Sequence record: DRR723986_9837
Direction: 5' to 3' (one strand)
Length of the DNA: 62,961 bases
Shown: piece by piece, positions 9,533 to 19,165 of the stretch
Layout: the number at the start of each line of letters is the position of its first letter
Numbering within the stretch: the first letter of the stretch is position 1
Position numbers and translations under genes: made by a program
Notes under the pieces: model-generated
Databases searched by the model: none
Told to the model about the DNA's origin: nothing
What the model saw: the letters and a program-made list of their open reading frames with translations, nothing else

Positions 9533-12500
9533 ATGCTCACTCGCCTAATTGACCTATCACTACATCATCGGTTCGCCGTCTTACTCGGTGTGCTGGTACT
9601 CATTGCCGGCGGCGGCTACGCTCTCAGTCAGCTTGATGTCGATGCGTTTCCCGATACGACGCCGATCATGGTTCAGGTCAACACGACTGCACCAGCATTG
9701 TCGCCGGAAGAAATCGAACGCCAGATCACCTATCCAATCGAGCAGTCACTTAGCGGCTTGCCGTCACTGGAAAACATTCGCTCGGTCTCGAAGTACGGCT
9801 TCTCGCAGGTCGTCGTGACGTTCGAGGATGGCACAGACATTTACTTCGCCCGACAGGTTGTCGGTGAGCGGCTGGCAACCGTGGAGCTTCCCGGTGGGGT
9901 GAGTCGTCCAAAGATGGGACCGGTGGCAACGGGACTCGGCGAAGTTTTTCATTACGTGCTGACCTATCCGGGCGTGGACTTCACGAAGCTGCCAGAGTCT
10001 GAGCGGATGCGAATGCTGACCGAGCTTCGCACCACGCACGATTGGGTGGTCAAACCACAACTGCGAACTGTCGCGGGCACCGCCGAAATCAACAGTTGGG
10101 GCGGTTACGAAAAACAGTTTCAAGTTCGCATTGATCCGGCGGGTTTGGTGTCGCGGGGGCTGACGTTTGGTGAAGTTGTTGATGCATTGCAGGAGAACAA
10201 TCGCAATGTTGGCGGTGGGAATGTCGATCGTATGGGCGAGATGTTGCTCGTTCAGGGGTTGGGGCGCACGACTGACATTCCACAAATTGAAAACATTGTC
10301 ATCAAGGCGAGCGATGGTGTGCCGGTACGAATTCGTGATGTAGCGACCGTCGCAGTCGGCCATGAGATTCGACGCGGTGCAGTGACAGCGGACGGCAATG
10401 GTGAAGCTGTCATGGGGCTGGGCTTCATGTTGATGGGCGAGAACACGCATCAGTACACCGACGCACTCAAAAGCAAAGTCGAAGAGATACAAGTCAACCT
10501 GCCAAGTGGCATGACGCTGGTCACGATGTATGACCGCACGGAATTGGTCGATTCCGTGATCGACACCGTTCGCAAGAATCTGTTTGAAGGCGGGTTGCTC
10601 GTTGTGGCCGTGCTGTTTTTCTTTCTCGGCAACCTGCGAGCCGGTCTGATTGTCGCATTGGCGATTCCTCTTTCGATGCTCTTTGCCTTCACTGGGATGT
10701 GGCGTTTCGGAATTGTCGCCAGTCTGTTGAGTCTCGGTGCGATCGACTTTGGGTTGGTCGTTGATAGTTCGGTCGTGATGGTCGAGAACTGTGTGCGACA
10801 TTTGGCAATGGCCAATCCTCTGGGGCGGAGTCGGTTGGAGAGAATTCGCGACGCGGCAGTTGGAGTTCGCGGGCCGACAATGTTCGGCGAACTCATCATT
10901 ATGATCGTCTATCTGCCGATCCTGACGCTCGAAGGCATCGAAGGAAAGATGTTTCGCCCGATGGCGCTGACGGTCATTTTTGCCTTGGCCGGTTCGATGC
11001 TGCTTTCAATGACGTTAATGCCGGTGCTGGCCAGTCTGCTGCTGCCCAAGAATATGAGTCATCGCGAGCCGCTGCTCGTACGAATCCTCAAGCGGCTCTA
11101 CCGCCCGGTGTTGCACTTCACGATGCACCAGAAGACAGCCATTATCGGATTCGCGGTGGCTGTGCTGGTAGTCGCATTCGGCATGATTGCTCCGAACCTC
11201 GGCACCGAGTTCATGCCACAACTTTCGGAAGGCTCGGTTGCAATCAACGTAGTACGTCTTGCCGGGACTCAACTTGATGAGTCGATGCGTTTCAACACGC
11301 AGATGGAAAAGGCGCTTCTGGACGAATTTCCAGATGAAGTGGCCCATGTCTGGAGCCGCATCGGCTCGGCAGAGATTGCCACCGATCCAATGGGACTCGA
11401 ATTGACTGATGTGTTCATCACGCTCAAACCGCGCGACGAATGGAAAAAGGCATCCACACAAGCTGAACTGACGTCGTTGTTCGAGCAGAAGCTGCGAACA
11501 CTTCCCGGCCAGCGACTCGCCTACACGCAGCCCATCAAGCTGCGAATGGACGAACTGGGAACCGGTAGTCGTAGCGACATTGCAGTCAAACTCTACGGCG
11601 ATGATTTGGATACGCTTGCCGACAAGGCCACTGAAATCGAGCGAGTGCTGATCGATGTGCCCGGTTCAGCGGATGTCGGTGCAACTCAGTTGACCGGGCA
11701 GCCGATGTTGCAAGTGATAATCAAGCAGAACGAAATCGCTCGCTACGGTATCCCGGCCTCCAGCGTCTTGGACTTGGTCGAAGCCGTTGGCAATCGACCT
11801 GTTGGCGACGTATTTCAAGGACAGCTTCGTTTTCCGCTGACCGTTCGACTTCCTGACGAATACCGTGACGACCCGGAAAAGATCGCCTCGATTCCGGTGA
11901 CGACTCCACGCGGCGAGCAGATTCCGCTTGGGCGATTGGCCGAAGTGAAGTTCACCAGTGGCCCATCACAGATTGCCCGCGAATGGGGGCAACGCCGAGT
12001 CACCGTATCCGTCAATGTACGAGGCCGCGATGTCGGCAGCTTCGTTGCAGAAGCGGAGAAAAAGATCGCAGAACAGGTGACACTGCCCTCGGCAAGATAC
12101 CACGTTGAATTCGGCGGACAATTTGAACACATGATTCAAGCCCGGCAACGGTTGTTCATCGTTGTGCCGGTCGCATTGGTGCTGATCTTTTCGCTGCTGT
12201 ATGTGACCTACGGAAACGTCATCGACACCGTGAGAATCTTCACCGGCATTCCGTTCGCGTGGACCGGCGGAGTGATCGCGTTGTGGCTGCGAGACATGCC
12301 ATTCTCTATTTCTGCGGCAGTTGGTTTTGTGGCCTTGTCCGGCGTTGCGGTGCTGGATGACATGCTGCTGGTTTCCACGATTCGGCAACTACGCCAACGC
12401 GGTCGGGATTTGGAATCTGCAGTCGAAGAAGCGGCGTTGACTCGGCTTCGGCCTGTGTTGATGACAACGCTGGTGGCAGCGTTGGGATTTGTCCCGATGG

Positions 12501-12745
12501 CCCTCAGCACTCGAATGGGTGCCGAAGTTCAGCGACCGCTCGCAACCGTCGTCATTGGTGGTGTTATCAGTGCGATGGTGATGTCGTTGCTGGTCCTGCG
12601 AGTGCTTTACATGGTATTTCAAAGTCCATTGGGTTCTGGGGATGAGACCCCGCAGAAGATCAACGGCGAACAGGTAGATAGTGAGACATTCAGCGAGAGT
12701 TCCACTCAAAGGCAACCGAGTCGTTTCGGTGCCAACGCTCGCTGA
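9533..12745 (+). CDS. czcA: CzcA-family heavy-metal efflux RND permease
   Basis: DAFPD, TM4 AIDFGLVVDSSVVMVEN, RLRPVLMT, GAEVQRPLATVVIGG; 1070 aa. Confidence 0.93.
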   Translation: MLTRLIDLSLHHRFAVLLGVLVLIAGGGYALSQLDVDAFPDTTPIMVQVNTTAPALSPEEIERQITYPIEQSLSGLPSLENIRSVSKYGFSQVVVTFEDGTDIYFARQVVGERLATVELPGGVSRPKMGPVATGLGEVFHYVLTYPGVDFTKLPESERMRMLTELRTTHDWVVKPQLRTVAGTAEINSWGGYEKQFQVRIDPAGLVSRGLTFGEVVDALQENNRNVGGGNVDRMGEMLLVQGLGRTTDIPQIENIVIKASDGVPVRIRDVATVAVGHEIRRGAVTADGNGEAVMGLGFMLMGENTHQYTDALKSKVEEIQVNLPSGMTLVTMYDRTELVDSVIDTVRKNLFEGGLLVVAVLFFFLGNLRAGLIVALAIPLSMLFAFTGMWRFGIVASLLSLGAIDFGLVVDSSVVMVENCVRHLAMANPLGRSRLERIRDAAVGVRGPTMFGELIIMIVYLPILTLEGIEGKMFRPMALTVIFALAGSMLLSMTLMPVLASLLLPKNMSHREPLLVRILKRLYRPVLHFTMHQKTAIIGFAVAVLVVAFGMIAPNLGTEFMPQLSEGSVAINVVRLAGTQLDESMRFNTQMEKALLDEFPDEVAHVWSRIGSAEIATDPMGLELTDVFITLKPRDEWKKASTQAELTSLFEQKLRTLPGQRLAYTQPIKLRMDELGTGSRSDIAVKLYGDDLDTLADKATEIERVLIDVPGSADVGATQLTGQPMLQVIIKQNEIARYGIPASSVLDLVEAVGNRPVGDVFQGQLRFPLTVRLPDEYRDDPEKIASIPVTTPRGEQIPLGRLAEVKFTSGPSQIAREWGQRRVTVSVNVRGRDVGSFVAEAEKKIAEQVTLPSARYHVEFGGQFEHMIQARQRLFIVVPVALVLIFSLLYVTYGNVIDTVRIFTGIPFAWTGGVIALWLRDMPFSISAAVGFVALSGVAVLDDMLLVSTIRQLRQRGRDLESAVEEAALTRLRPVLMTTLVAALGFVPMALSTRMGAEVQRPLATVVIGGVISAMVMSLLVLRVLYMVFQSPLGSGDETPQKINGEQVDSETFSESSTQRQPSRFGANAR

Positions 12746-12773
12746 TGAAAGTTGATTGCAAGGAGAAACTGCA

Positions 12774-13139
12774 ATGCGTTTGGTTTACGGAATGATGTTG
12801 TTGGCGATGTTCGGATTCACCACGCTCGGATTGACCGGGTGTAGTTCTAACACGGACACGGCCAGCACAGAAGAACATGCTGACCACGATCACGAGGGTG
12901 ACGAGCACGCTTCGCACGATCACAGTGGTTGGTGGTGCAACGAACACGGTGTTCCTGAAGACGAATGTGCTTTATGCAAGACGTCACTGGTCGCCGACTT
13001 CAAAGCGAAAGGCGACTGGTGCGACGAACATGACAGACCTGACTCGCAGTGCTTTGAGTGCAATCCGGAGAACTTCGAGAAATTTGCCGCGAGATATGAA
13101 GCCAAGTTTGGTGAGCAACCACCAAAGCCAACGGAGTGA
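12774..13139 (+). CDS. His/Cys-rich lipoprotein with two WCxEH..P...CxxC repeats (putative metallochaperone)
   Basis: AGGAG RBS, lipobox LTGC, His-rich linker, WCNEHGVPEDECALC and WCDEHDRPDSQCFEC. Confidence 0.8.
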   Translation: MRLVYGMMLLAMFGFTTLGLTGCSSNTDTASTEEHADHDHEGDEHASHDHSGWWCNEHGVPEDECALCKTSLVADFKAKGDWCDEHDRPDSQCFECNPENFEKFAARYEAKFGEQPPKPTE

Positions 13140-13145
13140 TGACGA

Positions 13146-15290
13146 GTGAGTATGGAGAACAACAAAAGGGAAATCGAGCTACGCATTTACGGGATGGATT
13201 GCGCTGAGGAGGTCACACTCCTCAAGCGTGAATTGATTCCGCTATTGGGCGATGAAGATCGACTCGGTTTTGATTTATTGAATGGCAAGCTGTCCGTTGA
13301 TACGTCTTCACTCGACGTATCACGAACGGATGTGCTGGCTGCAATCGAACGAACCGGCCTGAAGTCCGCGCCTTGGCGGGACGATGGTGCGGCGAGTAAC
13401 GACCTTTCGTTCTGGCAAAAGCATCAGCGTTCGATCCTGACTGCGGTGAGTGGTCTGTTCGGACTGAGCGGGTTGGTTGTGCAGCTGTGGACGGGTGAGT
13501 CGGAATCGGTGCCGATTGCGTCGATCGTGCTTTACAGCGTCGGCATCGTTGCAGGTCTGCTGATGGTGCTTCCGAAAGCGTGGCGATCGCTTGTCTCATT
13601 GCGTCCCGATATGAACCTGTTGATGTCAGTCGCGGTAATCGGAGCGGTGTTGATTGGCGAATGGTTCGAGGGGGCGACGGTTGCGTTTCTGTTTTCGTTC
13701 TCACTGCTGCTTGAGTCATGGAGCGTAGGCCGGGCACGTCGAGCCATCGCTTCATTGATGGACTTGTCACCGCCGACCGCTCACCTTCGGGATGAAGCGG
13801 GCGAAGTGAAGGACGTGGCTCCCGCGGATGTGCCTGTCGGTTCCACAGTCATTGTGCGTCCCGGCGAAAAGATTCCGCTTGATGGTCGAGTTCTCAATGG
13901 AATCAGCGGCGTGAATCAGGCACCGATTACCGGTGAAAGCGTTCCCGTTGAAAAGGAATCTGGTGATGAAGTGTTTGCCGGAACTATCAACGGCGACGGC
14001 TTGCTGGAGATCGAAACGACCAAAGCTGCTGACGATACGACGCTGGCTCGAATCATCAAGATGGTTGGTGACGCCGGGTCCAAACGTGCTCCGTCGGAAA
14101 AGTGGGTTGAGAAGTTCGCAGCCGTCTATACGCCAGTGGTGATGCTTGTCGCCTTGCTGATGCTGGTGATTCCACCGCTGGTTTTCGAGGGAGATTGGTC
14201 CGTCTGGCTTTATCGCTCGCTCGTGTTGCTAGTCATCGCATGTCCGTGTGCCCTCGTGATTTCAACGCCCGTGAGCGTCGTGGCTGCATTGGCGGCGGCT
14301 GCTCGCAACGGCGTACTCATCAAAGGTGGAGTGTTCATTGAAGTCCCCGCCCACCTCAAGGCGATTGCGATGGACAAGACCGGCACATTGACACGGGGAG
14401 AACCGGCTGTTGTTGACGTGGTGCCGATGAACGGACATGACGAAGCAGAGCTACTTTTGCGAGCCGGTGCTTTGGAACTCAACAGCAACCATCCTTTGGC
14501 TCGTGCGATTGTCGAAGAAGCCAAACGTCGGGAATTGCAACTCGTCGCCGCCGACGAGTTTGAAACCATTCAGGGCAAAGGAGCGGCAGGAATCATCAAC
14601 GGCAAGCCGTATTGGTTGGGTTCACATCGCTACTTGGAACAGCGTGGACAGGAGACACCGGAGGTTCACGAGCAGTTGGAATCGATGACGGAAGCGGGGC
14701 GAACCGTGGTGGTGGTTGGAAACGATGAACACGTTTGCGGTTTCATCACACTGGCCGATGCCATCAGAGACGAATCCCGCGATGCGATTCGTCAACTTCA
14801 CGAAGCAGGTGTAGAGCAACTCGTGATGCTGACAGGTGACAACAAAGGCACGGCCAAAGCGATCGCCAAAGAAGCAGGCATCGACGAAGTTCACGCCGAG
14901 CTATTGCCTGAAGATAAAGTCGTGGCGGTCGAACGGCTGGTCAAACAATATGAACAAGTCGCAATGATTGGCGATGGCGTCAACGACGCCCCAGCACTTG
15001 CTCGTGCGTCACTCGGCTTGGCGATGGGAGCCGCCGGGAGCGATGCGGCCATCGAGACGGCTGACATTGCTTTGATGTCCGATGATCTTTCCAAGCTACC
15101 GTGGCTAATTCACCATTCAAGACGAACGCTCAGCATCATTCGCCAGAACATCGCGTTCTCACTCGCCGTTAAAGCCCTATTCGTCGTGTTAACGTTCGCT
15201 GGCTTCGCATCACTGTGGGCCGCGATCGCAGCCGACATGGGAGCCTCACTGCTGGTTATTGGGAATGGTCTGCGACTGCTCAAATCGTAA
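13146..15290 (+). CDS. zntA: P1B-2 type Zn/Cd/Pb-transporting P-type ATPase
   Basis: N-terminal GMDCAEE, TGES, TM6 CPC, DKTGT, SNHP, GDGVNDAP, TM7 Lys (QNIAFSLAVK) and TM8 AADMG. Confidence 0.93.
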   Translation: MSMENNKREIELRIYGMDCAEEVTLLKRELIPLLGDEDRLGFDLLNGKLSVDTSSLDVSRTDVLAAIERTGLKSAPWRDDGAASNDLSFWQKHQRSILTAVSGLFGLSGLVVQLWTGESESVPIASIVLYSVGIVAGLLMVLPKAWRSLVSLRPDMNLLMSVAVIGAVLIGEWFEGATVAFLFSFSLLLESWSVGRARRAIASLMDLSPPTAHLRDEAGEVKDVAPADVPVGSTVIVRPGEKIPLDGRVLNGISGVNQAPITGESVPVEKESGDEVFAGTINGDGLLEIETTKAADDTTLARIIKMVGDAGSKRAPSEKWVEKFAAVYTPVVMLVALLMLVIPPLVFEGDWSVWLYRSLVLLVIACPCALVISTPVSVVAALAAAARNGVLIKGGVFIEVPAHLKAIAMDKTGTLTRGEPAVVDVVPMNGHDEAELLLRAGALELNSNHPLARAIVEEAKRRELQLVAADEFETIQGKGAAGIINGKPYWLGSHRYLEQRGQETPEVHEQLESMTEAGRTVVVVGNDEHVCGFITLADAIRDESRDAIRQLHEAGVEQLVMLTGDNKGTAKAIAKEAGIDEVHAELLPEDKVVAVERLVKQYEQVAMIGDGVNDAPALARASLGLAMGAAGSDAAIETADIALMSDDLSKLPWLIHHSRRTLSIIRQNIAFSLAVKALFVVLTFAGFASLWAAIAADMGASLLVIGNGLRLLKS

Positions 15291-15349
15291 GAGGTTCAGA
15301 CCAATTCCTCTAGAGTGTTGACGGTGCCGGAGTAGCGAATCGGTTGGGA

Positions 15350-15991
15350 CTACTTCCACCTGACGGAGCCGAAGGACGCCGGTGGGGGGCCGTCCATCCG
15401 AATCGAATCGTCCGGTTCTGGTTGTTGACGACGGAAGTCCTGTTGCGGCTGATAGTCCCGTGATGAGTCGCGAGGCAACGATGGCGGTGCGAGGTAACTT
15501 CGGTCCGGTGGTGCAACTTCACGACTCGGAATCTGACGATCATGCGAGTGGGCATCGTGGGAATGACCTTCGTGCGAATGTCCGCTGTGGCTGTCTCCAC
15601 CGTGTGAGTGGTTGTGGCTTGGCACTGCCAACTCGAAACCGGGTTGGTATTCGTCGGTCAGTCGATTCGGCAATGTTCGGCCCCGCTGGAGCGGACAACC
15701 AATTGGTTCGCTACAGATGGCGTCATTCCCATAGGGGCAGGCAGCCTCAGCGTAAATGGGAATCGCATTATGCCGACTCAGGGCTGTGGTCGGATAACCG
15801 ATGTGGCCATACCCGTGGTAGTCTCCGTGGCCGTAATGATATCGGTGGCCATGATCATGGTGGCTGTAGGAATGGTCGTGAGCGAAGCTGCCGTGAAGGT
15901 TTCCATTCAGGTATTGGGCTGAGGCGGGCGTGGCGATGCAGCCGGAAAGTGCCAACACGGATAGAATTGCCAGCGTGGTTGGGCGAAACAT
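15350..15991 (-). CDS. Exported His/Gly/Tyr-rich, largely disordered protein
   Basis: CAGGA RBS, signal peptide (..ASA-Q), two His tracts and a Pro-rich C-terminus. Confidence 0.7.
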   Translation of the reverse strand: MFRPTTLAILSVLALSGCIATPASAQYLNGNLHGSFAHDHSYSHHDHGHRYHYGHGDYHGYGHIGYPTTALSRHNAIPIYAEAACPYGNDAICSEPIGCPLQRGRTLPNRLTDEYQPGFELAVPSHNHSHGGDSHSGHSHEGHSHDAHSHDRQIPSREVAPPDRSYLAPPSLPRDSSRDYQPQQDFRRQQPEPDDSIRMDGPPPASFGSVRWK

Positions 15992-16240
15992 GGTTTGATC
16001 CTGTTGGCTTGGTTGTCGCGGAATAGGCGGACTGTCGAACAGAGCCGGTCGTCGCCAAGCGAATTGCTAGTGGAAAGGCTGTGCCGATTATTCCGGTGAA
16101 GCCGCCCCTTCGATCAGAACGGGCGATTCGTGCCGCATAGGCCGATAATCCTGAAGAATCGTCGCTGTCGGATACCGAGCCATCCTTTCGATGTCTTGCA
16201 GCCAGCGTCAAACAAAACCTTCACCGACAAGGATGTCCGG

Positions 16241-16651
16241 GTGTTTCTCCGTATTGCCACATCAATGCTCTTGGCTGCACTGCTGATTCTTCAATCAGTT
16301 GTGCCGTGCTGTGCCATCGGCAAACTGCTGGCAGGTGGCGGTAGCTCGGAAGCTGCGGCAACACACGTCGCTCATCCTTGTTCTTGTTGCCCATACTCAC
16401 AATCGCAACAGGAACCAGTTCCTTCGGACGATGGCCATTTACCGGATGGCAAGTGCCCATACTGTGGCGGGCTGCTTTTTCATTCGGGTTTGGATGATGC
16501 GGCACCGATATCCAAAGGTCACTTGGTTTTAGCGCTGCTCGGCGATGCACCGAAACATATGAGCGAGCAAGCTCCTGTCTTCCGACAAATATTTCAGCGA
16601 CAGGTTCTCGGGCTACCATTTCTGAACACCGGTATGCGCCTTCTGATCTAG
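16241..16651 (+). CDS. Cys-rich exported leader protein L3, upstream of tolC
   Basis: Probable GTG start; [42 protein letters not shown]. Confidence 0.65.
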   Translation: MFLRIATSMLLAALLILQSVVPCCAIGKLLAGGGSSEAAATHVAHPCSCCPYSQSQQEPVPSDDGHLPDGKCPYCGGLLFHSGLDDAAPISKGHLVLALLGDAPKHMSEQAPVFRQIFQRQVLGLPFLNTGMRLLI

Positions 16652-16719
16652 CCGTCTTCCACCATTGCAAGTCCGTGCGTGATCCGACTGTTCGTTTACT
16701 GCCCTCAGAGAATTTCGCC

Positions 16720-18228
16720 ATGTGTTTACTCAATAGATACCTCCTGCTCGCTTTGACGGCCTTACCGCTGGTCAGCATTGGCTGTTCCACTTCACGTCAA
16801 CATCTGGCCCAGCGTGATTCGCGTCCAGCGCAAATCAGTCAGAGCGAGCCGTCGCCGGGAACGGTGGCATCATCAGAAGCCCACGATGTCCCGGAAGTTC
16901 AGACTGTTGCTTTTCGCGATGATGAGGCGGATGAAGTAACTGGCGATTTGGCTGATTCAGCGATTCAGCTCGCCGTTCCCGTCGAGGTCGAAGGATTCGG
17001 TATAGGGGAATCCGGATTGACGCTTGAAGCCATCGAACAGTTGGCATTGGCGAATAATCCCGCCATTCAGCAGGCGAATGCGGCATCGGCACGAGCCGGT
17101 GGCATACGAACTCAGGTTGGACTCAAGCCAAATCCAACGATCGGCTACTTCGGCGAAGAAATCGGCAACGACGGAGCTAGGGGACTCCACGGAGCATTTG
17201 TTTCGCAGACATTTGTTCGTGGTGACAAGCTCGAATGGAATCGTCAGGTTCACGGTCACGATGTGAACGCGATGAACTGGCAGATTGAAACGCAGCGGCA
17301 ACGAGTTCTCACGGACATTCGGCTTGCCTTTTACGACGCATTGGCTGCCCAGAAACGTCTGCAACTCGCTAGGGACTTTCGCAGCGTTGCCAAAGAAGGA
17401 GTGACAGTTTCGGAAGATCGAGTTGATGCAAAAGTCGGTACAAGGCCCGATGTGTTGCAATCCGAGATCCAACTTAATGAAGTTGATCTTTCCATTCAGC
17501 AGGCTGAATTTGAATTGTCAGCGGCTTTGAACGAGCTGGCGGCGTTGGCGGGAGTTCCTGATCTTGGAGCCACCGCATTGATCGGAGACTTGGAAGTCGC
17601 GGTCAATACTCGCGATGCGGAAACAGAGTTCGCACAGATTGTGGCAATGAGTCCGCAGTTGGCGGCTGCACAGGCTCGGGTCGATCGGGCACGAGCCAAC
17701 GTGCAACGACAGCAGGTTCAGCCGATTCCAAACGTGACGGCACAACTTGGAACGGGTGGGGATGACGGGACTGGAAATGCGTTCGCCAACGTCCAATTGA
17801 GTCTTCCTGTTCCGGTCCACAACAAGAATCAAGGTAACATTCGAGCGGCTCAGGCCGAATACTGTGCCGCGACACAAAACGTGCAGCGAATCCGTCAGAG
17901 CATTCGCCGCGATCTTGCTCAAGTGATGCGGGAATACAATACTGCCGAGGCCACAGTTCATCAGTACGAGAATTCGATTCTTCCCAAGGCGGAAGAAACG
18001 CTGGAACTGATGCAGGAAGCTCGGGACGCCGGAGAATTCGACTTCCTGCGTGTGTTGACGGCACGTCGAGCCTACTTCGATGCGAACCTTAAATACGTGG
18101 CTGCGATGGGCCGACTGGCTCAAGCGAATGCGAAGATTGACGGATTACTGCTGACTGGCGGCCTGTCGAATGTTGTGACCTACAGCGTTGGTGACGACCT
18201 GCGAGGTCAGGCTTTGAGCGGTCTTTAA
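16720..18228 (+). CDS. czcC: TolC/CzcC-family outer-membrane efflux lipoprotein
   Basis: Lipobox VSIGC. OEP motifs ([42 protein letters not shown]). Confidence 0.88.
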   Translation: MCLLNRYLLLALTALPLVSIGCSTSRQHLAQRDSRPAQISQSEPSPGTVASSEAHDVPEVQTVAFRDDEADEVTGDLADSAIQLAVPVEVEGFGIGESGLTLEAIEQLALANNPAIQQANAASARAGGIRTQVGLKPNPTIGYFGEEIGNDGARGLHGAFVSQTFVRGDKLEWNRQVHGHDVNAMNWQIETQRQRVLTDIRLAFYDALAAQKRLQLARDFRSVAKEGVTVSEDRVDAKVGTRPDVLQSEIQLNEVDLSIQQAEFELSAALNELAALAGVPDLGATALIGDLEVAVNTRDAETEFAQIVAMSPQLAAAQARVDRARANVQRQQVQPIPNVTAQLGTGGDDGTGNAFANVQLSLPVPVHNKNQGNIRAAQAEYCAATQNVQRIRQSIRRDLAQVMREYNTAEATVHQYENSILPKAEETLELMQEARDAGEFDFLRVLTARRAYFDANLKYVAAMGRLAQANAKIDGLLLTGGLSNVVTYSVGDDLRGQALSGL

Positions 18229-18490
18229 TCGATGCGATTGCGTGTAAACAGGAGAGTGTCGAACGGACGACACTTACAATCAAAGTGAATACTTTACAAT
18301 CTTCGTAGCTGAGACCGATTGTGATTTCCACAGCGTTTTTGGGTACTAAGCGACCAATTTGCATTCGGCACGCGGCTTGCAAGATCATCTAGCCAAGATG
18401 AATCACTGTAGACCATTGCCGGAATAACCGATAAAACTCTCATCGGCGGGACCATTGCGCCCGCAATCCAGAGAATCAAGCCTCAAGTCC

Positions 18491-18958
18491 ATGTTTCACA
18501 GCATCATCACCATCCTGACGACGGCAGCGATTGCGTTACACGCAATGCTGGGATGCTGTGCGCACCATGATCATTCATGCTGCGAAACGCACGGGTTGAC
18601 GGCTGTGATTCATCAGTCGCACGATTACGATTCTCACGGACACGAACATCATCATCACGATGATGATGTAGACTCGACCGGCGAAGACGCTGAGAACGAC
18701 TGCGGCCATCAGCATCGACATGACGGTGGTCAGCCTCACGGATGCGATGAAGGAGCTTGCAACTTCACGTCTGTGCAGCGAACAAGCGATCTCGAACTGA
18801 TGCTGACATTCGCAATGTGGTGCCAGAGTCTCTGCGATGTGGCTCACACGGACGCAATGGACAGTTTGGTCGCGTTGAACTTCGCAGCCGAATCGCCTCC
18901 CGATCCGCTCTCCAAATCGGGTACTGCACGCGCCATTTCTCAGGTCTGGCGGCTGTAA
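18491..18958 (+). CDS. Cys/His-rich exported leader protein L4
   Basis: MFHSIITILTTAAIALHAMLGCCAHH, His tract, HGCDEGACNF, ESPPDP..SQVWRL*. Confidence 0.72.
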   Translation: MFHSIITILTTAAIALHAMLGCCAHHDHSCCETHGLTAVIHQSHDYDSHGHEHHHHDDDVDSTGEDAENDCGHQHRHDGGQPHGCDEGACNFTSVQRTSDLELMLTFAMWCQSLCDVAHTDAMDSLVALNFAAESPPDPLSKSGTARAISQVWRL

Positions 18959-19165
18959 CAGCACGCGACCAAGGTTTGTCTCCGGCTGGTAACGACCAGT
19001 GGCTTTCAATGCCGCTGATGCACTCGTCCCCTTAGCAATGCCGGACACTCTCTTTGCCTTGGTCTGATCCTCTGCGATTGATTGATCGCTTTCCGCTGCG
19101 TTTGTCTCAGGCATGAGGCATGTCGCACGCAGGTTGGATGATTCCCGTGTGCTGGATATTGAACA

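Noticed and set aside
9764-10801. 345-aa antisense ORF, and many similar ORFs inside the RND, TolC and ATPase genes
   Set aside because: Shadow frames of well-supported genes on the opposite strand, with no recognisable motifs.
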